From: Azolla caroliniana
Taxonomy: Eukaryota; Plantae; Polypodiophyta
Assembly: GCA_043228905.1 (NCBI GenBank)
Contig: JBHGNT010000001.1
Location: forward strand, 21,824,001 to 21,888,000
DNA length: 64,000 nt
Reading direction: 5' to 3'
Shown here: piece by piece, positions 51,589 through 64,000 of the stretch
Numbering within the stretch: position 1 is the stretch's first letter
Layout: each line of letters opens with the position of its first letter
The notes under the pieces: model-generated
Told to the model about the DNA's origin: nothing
The model's input: the letters and a program-made list of their open reading frames with translations, nothing else
The model's database searches: none
Translations under genes and position numbers: made by a program

Positions 51589-54500
51589 TGTTGAGAGACA
51601 AGCTCAACATCGGTCGGATTGGCTGAAGAAGCCGAGGACCGGATCGGTTGGGACCGATCGATCAGGCCGAGTGCGTAAACCAGGAGGTCGTTAGGAAAGA
51701 TATTCCGTGAGGAATATATTTGGGAGTTAGTGTAGGAGCTCTTAAAGAGCACTGAAGAACTGTCAGTACTTCGGTTAGTCCTTCTAGGACTTGTATAAAA
51801 GTGTTCACTGAGCACATCTTATGTACAGACTGAGTATTTTGTTGAATATAGTTCTTGTGTTCTCTCTCTGTCTCTCCCGTGTATACTGCGTAAGCTCAAG
51901 CTCTCCATTAAACCTGAGTTTTCTTCCTTCTGTTCGGTCTTCATACTTGCTTCCGCACGTTACTTTTTACATGGTATCAGAGCGCGAGGGTTGAGAACCT
52001 CTCTGCAGCCGACACAGCTTGACGAAGAAGAACAAGCAAAACGATGGATAGAGGCATGGCGAGCTCGCTTCCAACAGAGAAGCTCGACAGAACCAACTAT
52101 GCGTCTTGGTCCTACAAGATGCACCAGTACCTGCTTGGGCACGACTACTGGAGTTATGTCGAAGGAGCTAATGACGCGGCACCCGAATCGACACACAGAG
52201 ACTTCTCGTCGTGGGAGCAATCGGCGAGCAGGGTATTATATTGCTTCGCGTCGTGTCTGGGCGAACAACTATTGAGCTATGTTTGGGATGCAAAGTCGCC
52301 GAAGGGTGCGTGGGAAAATCTGAAGAAGATTTTCGCCGCGAGCACCACAACCAAGAAGCTTCAGGTCCGACATGAGTTGAGCAACCTACGACAACGCGAC
52401 TTGTCGGTGGCGGACTATACCTCGAAGATCAAGGATATCTGCGACTCCCTCGCCTCCATAGAGGTGAACATCGAGGAGAGCGAGATGGTCCAGATCTGTC
52501 TCGAAGGTTTGGCGTCGAAGTTCGGAGCGTTCCGGACGGTTGTGTGTACCCGGGAGAATACGCCGTCCTTTTTCGACTTACAGTCAATGCTCCTAGTAGA
52601 GGAGAACCACGCGGGTGCATCTACAAGCACGCACACCGACAACAGAATGTTGTACACGGAGGGAGATAGGCCCCGTGGATGTGGAGGACGAGGCGAATCG
52701 GCGCGCAATGGAGGCGGCCGACGAGATCAAGGAAGAAGGCACCAAAGTGATGCCGACAGCAACTCCGGATCCTCCAGAAATAGGGGGAGTCGAAGCGATG
52801 AGAACCGGCAAGGGAAGGCCATCGCGGAGTGCTGGTACTGTGGCAAGAAAGGCCACAGGGAAAGTGAGTGTTGGAAGAAGCGCGTCGATTCGGAGAGAAC
52901 TGGTTCCGGGAGCGGCTCCAGACATACCAACAAGGGAAATCAGCAGCAATCGCATTATGCCGAAGACTCCGGGAGAGTCGGAGAAGGGACTGCCTTCGTG
53001 ACGAGACACGAAGCAAACTCAATGAAACAGACCACCCTGAGATCGGATGAGGTGTGGTACGTAGACTCCGGCGCGTCAAACCACATGACGAGCCATAAGG
53101 AGTGGTTCTCGTACCTTGAAAAACCGATACAACCTGGAGTAGTCGCAACTGGAGACGACACTCCGCATCCGATCGCGAATGTCGGAGAAGTTCCCCTTAG
53201 CCATGTTGGGCAGAAAGGGAAACTCATGAACGTGCTGCACGTTCCGACAATCACGAAGAACTTGGTCTCGGTCGGACAGATCGTCGACCAAGGGATGGAG
53301 GTTCGGTTTACACACCTCGGGTGCTTCATTGAGGAAGAAGGCCGTGTGATTGCGCAAGGGCGCAGAGACGGGAGGATGTTCATCCTCGACTCCACTGACG
53401 GTGGCACTGCAATGTTCGCGAAGGGACAAAAACCCGAGTCGGACATCGACTTGTGGCACAAGTGGATAGGCCACGTCAACTACCAGCGGCTTCAAGATCT
53501 GCAATCGAAACAGGTAGTGTTCGGATTGCCCAAATTTAGTGGCCGAAAGGCACAAATTTGTGAAGCCTGCCAACTCGGGAAGCAACACCGACTTCCTTTC
53601 CCCAACGAGCGGAACCGGAGCCGGAACAAGCTCGACCTTATACACTCCGATGTGTGGGGGCCGGCACAAAACGTTAGTCTTGGCGGGAGCCGATATTTCG
53701 TCTCCTTCATCGACGACCACACGCGGCACACGTGGATCTACCTCATTGAGAGGAAGAGCGAAGTCTTCGATTGTTTCCGTGACCTCAAAGGGTTCGTGGA
53801 AACGGAAACAGGACGGAAGATCAAGTGCCTGCGGTCGGATGGCAGAAAAGAGTACTTTTCCGGTCAATTCAATGGTTATCTACAACAAATGGGAATTCGG
53901 CGCGAATTCAGTTGTAGATACACGCCAGAGCAGAACGGCGTGGCCGAGAGGAAGAATCGGTCAGTTGTGGAAGCGGCACGGGCAATGTTGGAGGAGAAGA
54001 GCTTGCCCAAGTTCTACTGGGCCGAGGCGGTAAGGACCGCGGTATACATCCAGCACCGGATCGGAGACAAAGTGTCGGCGCACGAGCTGTATTTCGGAAC
54101 GAAGCCGAACTTGTGACACTTGAGGGTGTTCGGTAGCATTGCGTATGTGCATGTACCGAAGGAGAAAAGGAGGAAGCTAGACGCAAAGGCCGAGAAATGC
54201 ATCTTGGTCGGTTACTCGGACGAGCAGAAGGGTTATAAGTGCTATAACCCTCGCAACAAACAAGCGCGTGGTAGCCGTGACGTTGTGTTTGACGAGTCCG
54301 CGTCCTGGTACCAGCCCCCGACTCCGAGCCCCGAGTCCAATCCGTGTTCTGACGATGAAGTCAGCGAGGCTGAGATGCCTCCGGATGAGCCCGAAATCGA
54401 GACCCGCGAAGAGAGTTCGATTTCACTCCGCTTAAGTGGACCGATTGGACGACTAAGTCGGTACGACCAGTCCGATGAAGAGCCGGCGAGTAGTGGAGAC

Positions 54501-57268
54501 TCGGCCGTGCATTCCCCACGCAGGAAGCCGAGGAGACGGCTTACACGCAAAGAGAAAGGGAAGAAGAAGGTGTCGGATTCTGGCACGGATAGGAACGAGT
54601 CAGACCGACGCGACTCCGACTCCGAGGGAACCGGTGACGGGTCTTTAAAGGTGAAGACCGCGTCGACCGAGAAGGCCTCGACATCGGCTAATGTGAGATT
54701 ACGCCGATCTACCCACCAGAAGAATCCTGTTTTGCGGTTCAGATACAACGAGTACATGGTGCATCATTATGCGTACATGACCCGTGTAGCGGAAGTGCGT
54801 GAGCCGGAGAGCTACGCAGAAGCGGCTAAAGATGCGAATTGGCGTGCCGCGATGGAGGAAGAGATGCACGCATTGGCGGAGAACGAGACTTGGGACCTGG
54901 TTGACGCACCAACAGGGGTAAAACTGATCGGGTGTAGGTGGGTGTACAAGGTCAAGTACAACACCGATGGCTCAGTCAACCGGTACAAGGCTCAGCTAGT
55001 GGCAAAGGGCTACGCGCAAAAACACGGCATCGACTACGATGAGACGTTTGCGCCGGTCGCGAAAATGACGACCGTCCATGTTTTGCTCGTAGTAGCTGCG
55101 GCCAAGGGGTGGCACCTACATCAAATGGATGTAAAGAATGCATTCCTGCAAGGTGACCTTGAGGAACAGGTGTACATGGTACAACCCCCCGGATTTCACT
55201 CTGGAACGAACTCCTCGGCAGTATGCCGACTGAAGAAGTCCCTTTACGGACTGAAGCAAGCCCCGCGTGCCTGGAACGCGAAGATCACGCAACAATTGCG
55301 TCGGATGGGCTTCGTCACGACAAAATCAAACTCTTCCCTGTTCATCCGGAAAGGTCGACTCGGACCAGTTAGTATTTTACTATATGTTGATGACTTGGTC
55401 ATCACCGGCGCCGACCTAGGTGAAATCAACCGCGTGAAGCTCCAGCTTGCGGCATCGTTCGACATGAAGGATCTGGGGGACCTTCATTACTTCCTCGGGA
55501 TCGAAGTGATCCGTACCCCTGAAGGCATATTGATCAGCCAACGTCATTACGTGCTGAGTATGCTCTTCAAATTTGGGATGGTCGACTGTAAGTCTGTCTC
55601 GACTCCTCTGGACAGAACCACCAAGCTTCGTCCCGATACGGGAAAGGTATGCGACCCGACGAGGTTCCGACAAATTGTCGGAAGCCTCATATACTTGACC
55701 ATCACCCGACCCGACCTCAGTTATCCGGTCGGAGTGATCAGTCAGTTCATGGCGGGACCTACCGAGGAGCACCTTCAGTGTGCGCAACGCATACTTCAGT
55801 ATGTCAACGGCACTAAGGACCGGGGATTGCTATATCGGACCGGTGCAACCGCACAGTTAGTCGGCTACACCGATGCTGATTGGGCTAGCAACGCCGCCGA
55901 TCGCCGATCCACGTCCGGATACGCGTTCTCCCTCGGGAGTGCCGCGATCGCGTGGAGCAGTAAGAAGCAGCCGACAGTTGCACTGTCGAGCACCGAAGTT
56001 GAGTACCGAGGAGCAGCTGTCGCGACATGCGAAGCCATATGGTTGAAGTGGCTACTTAAGGACCTACAAGAGGAGGTGTCAGATCCGACGACAATCTACT
56101 GCGACAACCTCAGCAGCATCCAGCTCGCGAAAAACTCCGTTTTCCACGCAAGGACCAAGCACATTGAGGTGCACTACCATTTCGTCCGTGAGCGTGTCCT
56201 TTCCGGAGAAGTCGAACTTCAGTATGTTTCGACGGATCGGCAGACTGCCGACATCTTCACTAAGCCCCTTGGTCTGGACAAGTTGCGGCAATTCTCCGGT
56301 GCGCTCGGATTGTGTCACCTCGACATGCCAAACTTGAGGGGGAGAACAGTCCCGAACGACCAAGAAAAGCAGCAGGAAAGGAGCGGAGGTCGCGACACCG
56401 AGTCGGTTGACTCGGTTGTTGACTCGGTTGTCGAGTTCGACTTCGGATCGGCTGAAGAAGCCGAGGGCGGACCCGCGGAAAAGTTCGAAAGTAGACAGAA
56501 GGGGAGCAGCCGAAGGAGAGAGCCGAAGCCAACCACGCATGGAGAAGATGACGCCACCAAGTGCAAGAAGACCAAAGACGAGTTGGAGACAGCCAACTCA
56601 GACGGGAGTGAAAACCGACCGGAGGTAGCCGAGTCGGTTCAGATGTTTGATTTAGACACGCTGAATCAACCGAGGCCCAAGCGGAAGAAAAGGCAACAGG
56701 AGAAGCGTCAACACCGCAACAATAGAAGAGCTGATAAGGGCCGCATGAGCAGACAAGCCGACCGGAAGGGTCGAAGCGCGCGGGGTCGAACAGGTCGAGG
56801 AGCGCGAGCGAGGCGTGAAGCCAGGAGGAACCGGAGTTGTGAGCCCGAGGATCCCGAAGAGCCTCGAGTTGAGCTTGAGGGGGAGTGTTGAGAGACAAGC
56901 TCAACATCGGCCGGATCGGCTGAAGAAGCCGAGGACCGGATCGGTTGGGACCGATCGGTCAGGCCGAGTGCGTAAATCGGGAGGTCGTTAGGAAAGATAT
57001 TCCATGAGGAATATATTTGGGAGTTAGTGTAGGAGCTCTTAAAGAGCATTGAAGTACGGTCAGTACTTCGGTCAGTCCTTCTAGGACTTGTATAGAAGTG
57101 TTCACTGAGCACGTCTTATGTAGAGACTGAGTATTTTGTTGAATATAGTTCTTGTGTTCTCTCTCTGTCTCTCCCGTGTATACTGTGTAAGCTCAAGCTC
57201 TCCATTAAACCTGAGTTTTCTTCCTTCTGTTCGGTCTTCATACTTGCTTCCGCATGTTACTTTTTACA
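51589..57268 (+). mobile_element. Ty1/copia 'F', full length and the best-preserved element; TSD ATTCC
   Basis: ATTCC at 51584-51588 and 57269-57273. 383-bp LTRs at 51589-51971 and 56886-57268 (about 15 substitutions by eye); PBS TGGTATCAGAGC at 51972-51983; PPT 56874-56885. Confidence 0.97.
52044..56891 (+). pseudogene. Copia F gag-PR-IN-RT-RH polyprotein plus extension; single nonsense codon at 54114-54116
   Basis: ORFs 52044-54116 and 54120-56891 are in the same frame. Motifs CWYCGKKGHRESEC, WYVDSGAS, HSDVWGP, LYVDD, YTDADWA. Terminal stop lies inside the LTR (TGT TGA). Confidence 0.95.
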
Positions 57269-59260
57269 ATTCCTTTGCACAATGGAGACATTTTCTAGAA
57301 GGATTTCCTCATCAAATTCAGTGATCACAAGAACCTAGCCTATTTCTAGAATGCTCATGTATTGGACAGACGACAAGCTCGGTGGGCCCAATTTCTCACT
57401 CATTTCGACTTTAAGATTACATTTCATCCGGGCAAGCAACAAGGGAAGGCAGATGCATTATCACGACGTTCGTATCTAGCACCTCGTCTTGGTGATCCAG
57501 CCTTCGATAATCAAAAGAACGTAATCTTGTGTCCTACACAACTTCAAGCAACTTCGGTTTTTGATACTCCATGGGATTCTAGCATTATTGATATAATACG
57601 TCAAGATATGAAGCCAGATGTCTTTGCTCAAGATATCTTAGATCAGATTGATCCCACTCGAGCATCCTATTCACAGTCACAACAATCAAGTACGGATTAT
57701 CGACAATTCAAATGGCATAATGGATTAATCTTCTTTAAAAATCTTTTGTATGTTTCCAATGGTTCATCTCGCCTTCGAGTCGTACAAATGTTTTATGATA
57801 CATATATAGTTGGACATTTTGGTAGTACTAAAACCTTGGATTTAGTAACTTGATCATTTTTGTGGCCCCATATGCAAAGATTTGTCAAGGATTATGTTCG
57901 TACATGTGATACATGCTGCAGAGCAAAGATGCCCTGACATCATCCATATGGTTTATTAGAAACATTACCAGTTCCAAGCAAGCTATGACAATCTATTTCT
58001 TTGGATTTTATCACAAATCTTCTGAATTATAAGGGCTTCAACGCTATCTTAACAGTGGTTGATCGATACACTAAGATGACACATTTCTTGCCATGCACTA
58101 AAGAGTTCACTAGTGAAGAGACCGCAAGTATCGTTATGCCTGAAGTTTTTCGGCACCATGGTCTTCCCGACACCATCATCAGTGATCGTGGACCTCAATT
58201 CATCTCTAAATTTTGGAAGCATCTCTTCACAATGCTCAAGGCCACTTGCAACCTCTCTTCCGACTACTGTCATGGACACACTATGTTGTGACCACTACCA
58301 TCCCCAAACGGATGGACAAGCAAAACGTACAAATCAAACACTAGAGCAGTATCTTCGGGGTTTCATAAGCTATCAACAAGATGATTGGGCAGATATATTA
58401 CACTTTGCCGAATTTGCATATAATAACTCTATCCACTCCTCTACTAGGGTGACACCATTCTATGTGTATATAGGCTATCATCCTCGCTGGTGTTTATTTG
58501 AAACTCCCGAATTACCCACAAATCCTAGTGCACTAGATCATTTGGAGCAACTACACAAGATTCTAGCCCAACAAAGAAGGACTATGTAGATCAATATCCG
58601 CTTCCATTCTGTTTCGACATTGGAGATCGAGTATGGTTATTTTGATGGCACATAAAGACAACCTGACCATGTCCCAAATTGGATTATCAAAGGCTAGGCC
58701 GTTTTATTATTAATGGAAAAATGAATGATGTCACCTTTCACCTTGATCTACCTTCACATTTATAGATACATCCGGCATTTCATAGTTCTCTCCTAGAACC
58801 ATGTTAGAAAAGCTCTATTCTAAATCGTACTACACCACCTCCGCCTCCGATCGAACTTGAAGATGGACCTGAGTATGATTTTGTTGCCATCCTCGATTCC
58901 AAGATAGTTCGTAATAAGCTCTATTATTTGGTGGATTGGTTAGGATATAGTCCAAGCGATCGTACTTGGGAACTAGTCGAAAATGTGGCAAACGCTTGAG
59001 CACTTCTTGAGGATTTCCATTGGTAGTATCCAGATAAATCAGGTTCTTAGTCAAAGAAGACTAATAAAACTCGTTGTTCAAAGGGGGGAGATAATGTCAT
59101 GATATGGCCCCAAAAGGAATTGAACCGTTAACCGTATGTTACACATGTTGAGGCCATATCACTAGGATAACAATTGTAATAAGAAAGATATTATTTTCAT
59201 TTGTTATTTCATTACAGAAAATTATGTCTATTCTAGATTACTCTAGAACATTCTAGAAAC

Positions 59261-62200
59261 TGTTGAAATTGAAGCTGACCACAACCGGTTTATACTCTAG
59301 CTTATGAGGGTGCAAAGATTTGAATGAACAGAAAAACAGAGAGCAAAATACAAGTGCTATGACACAAGATGTTTTACGTGGAAACCCTAATAGGGAAAAC
59401 CACGAGAGTCCACAGACTCCGAACTATTTCACTATGGTAAGAGAGAAATACAACAAGAGAACTCACAAGCACCAACCTTGAGTTCGTCTTCTTCGCCTAT
59501 AGATGGCTGCAACAGAGATGCTTTGCATCTCACACACTCTCTCTCACTCACATTTACAATATGAACAACACTATAATGTTTTGTTGTAGTTATATCTATA
59601 CTCATATAACATTCGGGCTTATTTATAAATCTAGCCTAAATAGGCGTAACACAAAACCTATATACAAATGTGGCTGTTTCCAGATGCCTATCTGGACACC
59701 GATCCAGATCCGGTTCTTGTCTTTGTCTTTCCTTCAAATCCGACTGATCCGGCTCGTGCTCTCCTTCCTATTCAGAGGGACCTGTTTCCTAATAAACTCC
59801 CCCTTCACTCCGGCATGGGGTGCTTTGTCAATCTGATCTGTCTTTGACACGCGTCCAACTTCTCCGCCGACAGTACTTTTGTTAGCATGTCTGATCTGTT
59901 CTCCATTGTGTGCACCTTCACTAGAGCAAACTCCTTCTCTTCTACCCTCTCCTAGAGCCAATGGTATCTCTATTGGATGTTCTTTTTCCTTGAGTGGTAG
60001 GCGACATTTTTCGCAAGGTGGATGGAACTTTGGTTGTCGCAGTAGAGTCGGAATTCTTCCCGCCGAATCCCCAACTCCCCAATAAACTCCTTCATCTAGG
60101 TTATCTCCTTGCCGGCTTCTACAACTGCCATATACTCGACGTTCGTAGTCAGCAACTCCATGGACTTCTGAAGCCTCGACTACCACAAGATGGCTCCCCC
60201 TGCATAAGTCAAAACATACCCAGATGTGGACTGACTGGTATCTACATCAGCCGACATGTTCGAGTCGGTAAAACCTTCTAACACGGGATTACCCAAGCCG
60301 ACTCGGAGACACATGCTCGAGGTGCCTCTCATGTATTGGAGTATCCATTTGACCATGGCCAAATGCTCTCTTCTTGGATTGCTCATGAATCGGTTGACGA
60401 CTCTGACTGCGTATCCAATGTCTAGCCTACTACATAGCATCGCGTACATCAGGCTTCTGACTACTAAGGTGTAAGGCATCTTAGCTTTCTCAGTCTTCGT
60501 CTTTGGACATTGTGTCCCGGATAGCTTGTTGTTCATCGGGTGTGTCAAACCAACCGGTTTAGCACTTTCCATGCCGAATCTTTGGAGCACCTTTGTCACA
60601 TATTTTTCTTGTGATAGCCACAATAACTTCTTTGTCCGGTTCCGGACAATGTGCATCCCCAAAATTTGTCTTACCAAACCCATACCCTTCATTGAGAATG
60701 ACTTGTTCAAAGCCTTCTTCAGCGTTCAGATCTTGATATGGTCATGTCCGACTATCACCATGTTGTCCACGTACAACAGGAGAATCATGAAGTCTCCTCC
60801 GTCGAACCTCTTATTCGACTTCTTTGGTCGGTTCTTCATCTGACTCGGAATCGGATCTATGTTTGGTCGACTGTCTTCTTTTGACTGGTTCCTCCTATTC
60901 CTTAGTCAGTTCTTGACTTTGTCGACTCTCTCCTCGGCCAACCTGACTTCGCGTCCGACTCTGAATTTGGGCGACTCCTCTAGTTCTTCAGTCGGTGTTT
61001 GACTTCTGATTGGTCGGGAGGACGTATCAGACTTCTCTTTCTCCCAGTCGACAATAAGTCTTCTCCTCCATGAAGACTATGCCTCAGCTCTGAATGATCT
61101 TCTTGTCGACTAAGTCCCATAGTTGCTAGCCGAATTCGTTGTTGTTGTATCCCAGAAATATGCATGGCCGAGATTTCGGATCTAGTTTTCCCCTTTGGTC
61201 CTTAGCCACATGCACATAGGCAAGATAACCGAACACATTTAGATGTCGGCATGATACATCTTTGCTGGTCCACACCCTTTGTGGAACATCTCCGTCCAAG
61301 GGTGTTGAGGGTGATCTATTTATCACATCCACTATTGTCATCGACGCCTCAACCCAAAACTTCTTGGACAACTTGGCATGTGCTAACATACTTCAGACTC
61401 TCTCCATGATGGTCTGATTCATCCTCTCAACTAGCCTGTTGAGTTCTGGCATTTTCAGCATGGTATACTCGAGTCAGATTCCCTTCAATCGACAATTCTC
61501 TTCGAACTGTCCTCGGTACTCTCCTCCGTTATCCACTCAAACTGCTTTAAGTTGTCGGTCGGTCTCTCTTTTGACTCTTGCTTGGAACTCCTTGAAGACC
61601 GACAATACCAGGTCCTTGGTCTTCAAGACAGAAGCCCAAAACTTCCGACTACAGTCGTCAATGAAGGTTACAAAATATTGTGAACCGACATGCGTCTTAG
61701 TGTCTACCTAGCATACATCAGTATGCATGAGTTCCTGCGACATTCTCTTCCTTGTTAGGGGCCTAGTTTGGAAGGAGGTTATGTTCTGGTTGCCAGCCAA
61801 GCAATTGGTGCACTTCTCAAGTTGCACATTCTTCACCTTTGGAATGAGGTTATCATCGGCAAGTTTCTGCATCCCCTTCTCACTCATGTGACACGACCTC
61901 TTGTGCCATAGCTCACCGGCAGTGTCAGCTGCCACGTTCACTTCCTCCCGACATATTCGGGCATGCATTAGATATAGTGTGTTGGTTTTCCGGGCTCGAT
62001 CCACAATCAGGCTCCTTTTGCAGAACTTCATGACGTCGTTCCAGATGCTACCTATGTAGCCTTCGTCATCCAACCGACCGGCTGATATCAGATTTAGTCG
62101 AACTTCCGGAACATGTCGGACATCCTTCAACACTAGTCGACACCCAGTCGACGTCACCAGACACACATCTCCTATACTGACAATTTGGCATGCTCCATCA

Positions 62201-63360
62201 TTTCCCATCTTTACAAGACCATGGTCTCCGGCCTTGTACGATGAGAAGCACTTTCGGTCAGGGGTTAGGTGAAACGACACACCCAAATCGACCACCCATG
62301 TTGATTCATCGTCGACATGATTTAGTTCTTTCTGCTTGTTGATCAACAATAGTTACTCCTCACTTGTCGCAATCGCCGAGGTGTTCTTCCTCTCCGAAAT
62401 CTTCTTCAGTTGAACACCGTCAGCTCCCCCTTTTTCCAGATAGTGTCGGCAATTTTTTCTAGAAGTGCCCTGGTTTCACACAATTGAAGCATGTGGGCCT
62501 CCCCCTTGACTTTGACCTAGTCCCCAACTTTTCCCGGTTTTGGGGACTTCTGTTTCAGCCTCTTCCCCGATTTGTGTCACTTTCGGTGACTAAGGCCTTT
62601 GGGTCGGAAATTGCCTCTCTATCTTTCCTACGAGCTTCCTCATTCAACAAGCTCGACTTCACCTTCTCTAGGGATAAGTGTTTCCCTTCTAGTTCGGCAT
62701 TACCTAGTGTGACAACAAGTGTCTCCCAACTGTCCGGAAGGAATCCCAACAATAATAACGCTAGTACCTCGTTGGCTAGAGGTACTTCCAAAGAGGTGGT
62801 TTGGTTTATTAGTCCTTGGAAGGCATTTAGATGCTCCGCCATGTTGGAGCCATCTTGATACCGGAGTCTCACTATTTTCCAGAACACTAAGAATCTGTTG
62901 ACGACATTCTTGTTCTTGAACATAATGCCGATCTTCTCCCAAAGAACATCTGCTTTGTTCTCTTCATTAAAGTTGTTGTATAGTCTCATGTCTATAAAAC
63001 ACCTTATATACACTGGTGCCTTCAAATGCATGACTTCCCAAGTCGATGCATCGATCTTATTAGGCTTGGTCTTCCCATATTGGATCGACAACCATCAATC
63101 TTTGCACACCAACATGTCCCTCATCTTCGACTTCCACACAGAATAGTTGGAGTCGGTAAGTTTGAACATGCCGCCAAATGAGTCTTCCATCGCTCTCATA
63201 CCAGTTTGTTGAGATCGGAGCCGGCCACAACCGATTTATACTCTAGTGCATGCGGGTGCAAAGATTTGAATGAACAGAAAAACAGAAAGCAAAATACAAG
63301 TGCTATACACAAGATGTTTTACGTGGAAACCCGAATAGGGAAAACCATGGGAGTCCACGA
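59261..63360 (-). mobile_element. Ty1/copia 'H' (same lineage as B), inserted in the G5 3' LTR; RT N-half deleted, 5' LTR truncated
   Basis: 3' LTR 59261-59794 with adjacent PPT; PBS TGGTATGAGAGC at 63192-63203; 5' LTR remnant 63207-63360. gag/PR/IN/RT/RH fragments are homologous to B; deletion junction near 60810. Confidence 0.88.
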
Positions 63361-63506
63361 ACTCTTCTTCATATAATATACTTCTTGGTATCATACTTCT
63401 CTCTTCCACTCTCTCTCTCTTTCGTGATCCTCACACAGTCTTTTCTGTCTTCTCTACATCTCTAGTACTAATTCTCTCTGCCTTTAGTACTATTCTTGAC
63501 AAACCC

Positions 63507-63700
63507 AAGAGAGATAGATAGATTCTATTATTGCCTTTGAAGGTCAAATATCTTGTAATACCAAAAATATTACATTTGACGTAATACATGTGAAACTGAG
63601 TAGCGACTCTCGATGTTCAAGAACTTTACCAATGAATGTTGCAATGAAACGTGCACATTGTGGGTCTAAGAGAAATTCATGCAAGGATTGGGTTCGATTG
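63507..63700 (-). mobile_element. LINE 3' end with (TCTA)n tail, same family as 47991-48445
   Basis: Reverse complement aligns with ~48240-48430 (CAACATTCATTGGTAAAGTTCTTGAACATCGAGAGTC). Confidence 0.8.
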
Positions 63701-64000
63701 TGTTGTCTGCCTGGCCGGACTAGCCTCAACACAGGTGTCTATCCGACACTCCTCCAAAGGGGTGGTAAGGATTAGATGCTAGGTTACACGCGTAAGATGA
63801 TTACAATTAAGCACAGACGGTAAAACAATACAGAGATACAGATAAACACGCAATAATTCTATTTGTATTACTTTCGTCCCCCAAAACCTTTACAAATCAT
63901 CGGATCCTTTTATAGGCATCCGGCAAGGTTACAATCGGTGCGCTTAGGCAACCGGCATCCGAATCGGTCCGGATCTAGATCGGTACAACTGTACCGGATC
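63701..64000 (-). mobile_element. Probable LTR of a further element, running off the right edge
   Basis: Begins TGTTG where LINE homology stops; TATAAAA on the minus strand ~63910; CCGGATC motifs like those in the other LTRs. Confidence 0.5.

Larger units (their letters stand above)
47653..63501 (+). mobile_element. Chromoviral Ty3/gypsy 'G5' (Tcn1-like), decayed, carrying three nested insertions
   Basis: 5' LTR 47653-48529; gag from 48609 (KEPKIGLPMKFDG); protease LLDTGAN ~50000; RT 50540-51320; RH split by copia F; integrase; chromodomain EYDFVAILDSK..YYLVDWLGYSPSDRTWE ~58870-59000. PPT 59080-59094; 3' LTR 59095-59260 + 63361-63501. TSD unclear. Confidence 0.9.

Noticed and set aside
56345-56891. 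env-like gene in the copia extension
   Set aside because: No signal peptide or transmembrane segment; hydrophilic and fused in frame to pol.

Overview
This is a eukaryotic (land-plant) genomic window, not a prokaryotic one. Roughly 80% is nested, mostly decayed retrotransposon DNA. It surrounds one intact five-exon host gene on the minus strand (27488-35196) encoding a ~562-aa alpha/beta-hydrolase with a probable plastid transit peptide. Resolved elements: (i) a Ty3/gypsy family primed by tRNA-Trp (three copies with the PBS, plus an older relative); (ii) a chromodomain Ty3/gypsy with no tRNA PBS and an apparent Tf1-like self-priming site; (iii) two Ty1/copia lineages (five copies, a solo LTR and an intronic relic); (iv) APE-RT LINE pieces with tetranucleotide tails; (v) hAT-type MITE(s). 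Target-site duplications let much of the nesting order be reconstructed. This TE complement suggests a non-seed plant (inference). Best candidates for something undescribed: a copia subfamily whose polyprotein continues ~180-215 aa past RNase H between two copies of the polypurine tract, in frame into the LTR in three diverged copies; a predicted -1 frameshift with pseudoknot placed between protease and RT; and the self-priming and frameshift signals of the chromovirus. Novelty cannot be confirmed without database searches. No CRISPR arrays, rRNA or convincing tRNA genes were seen.
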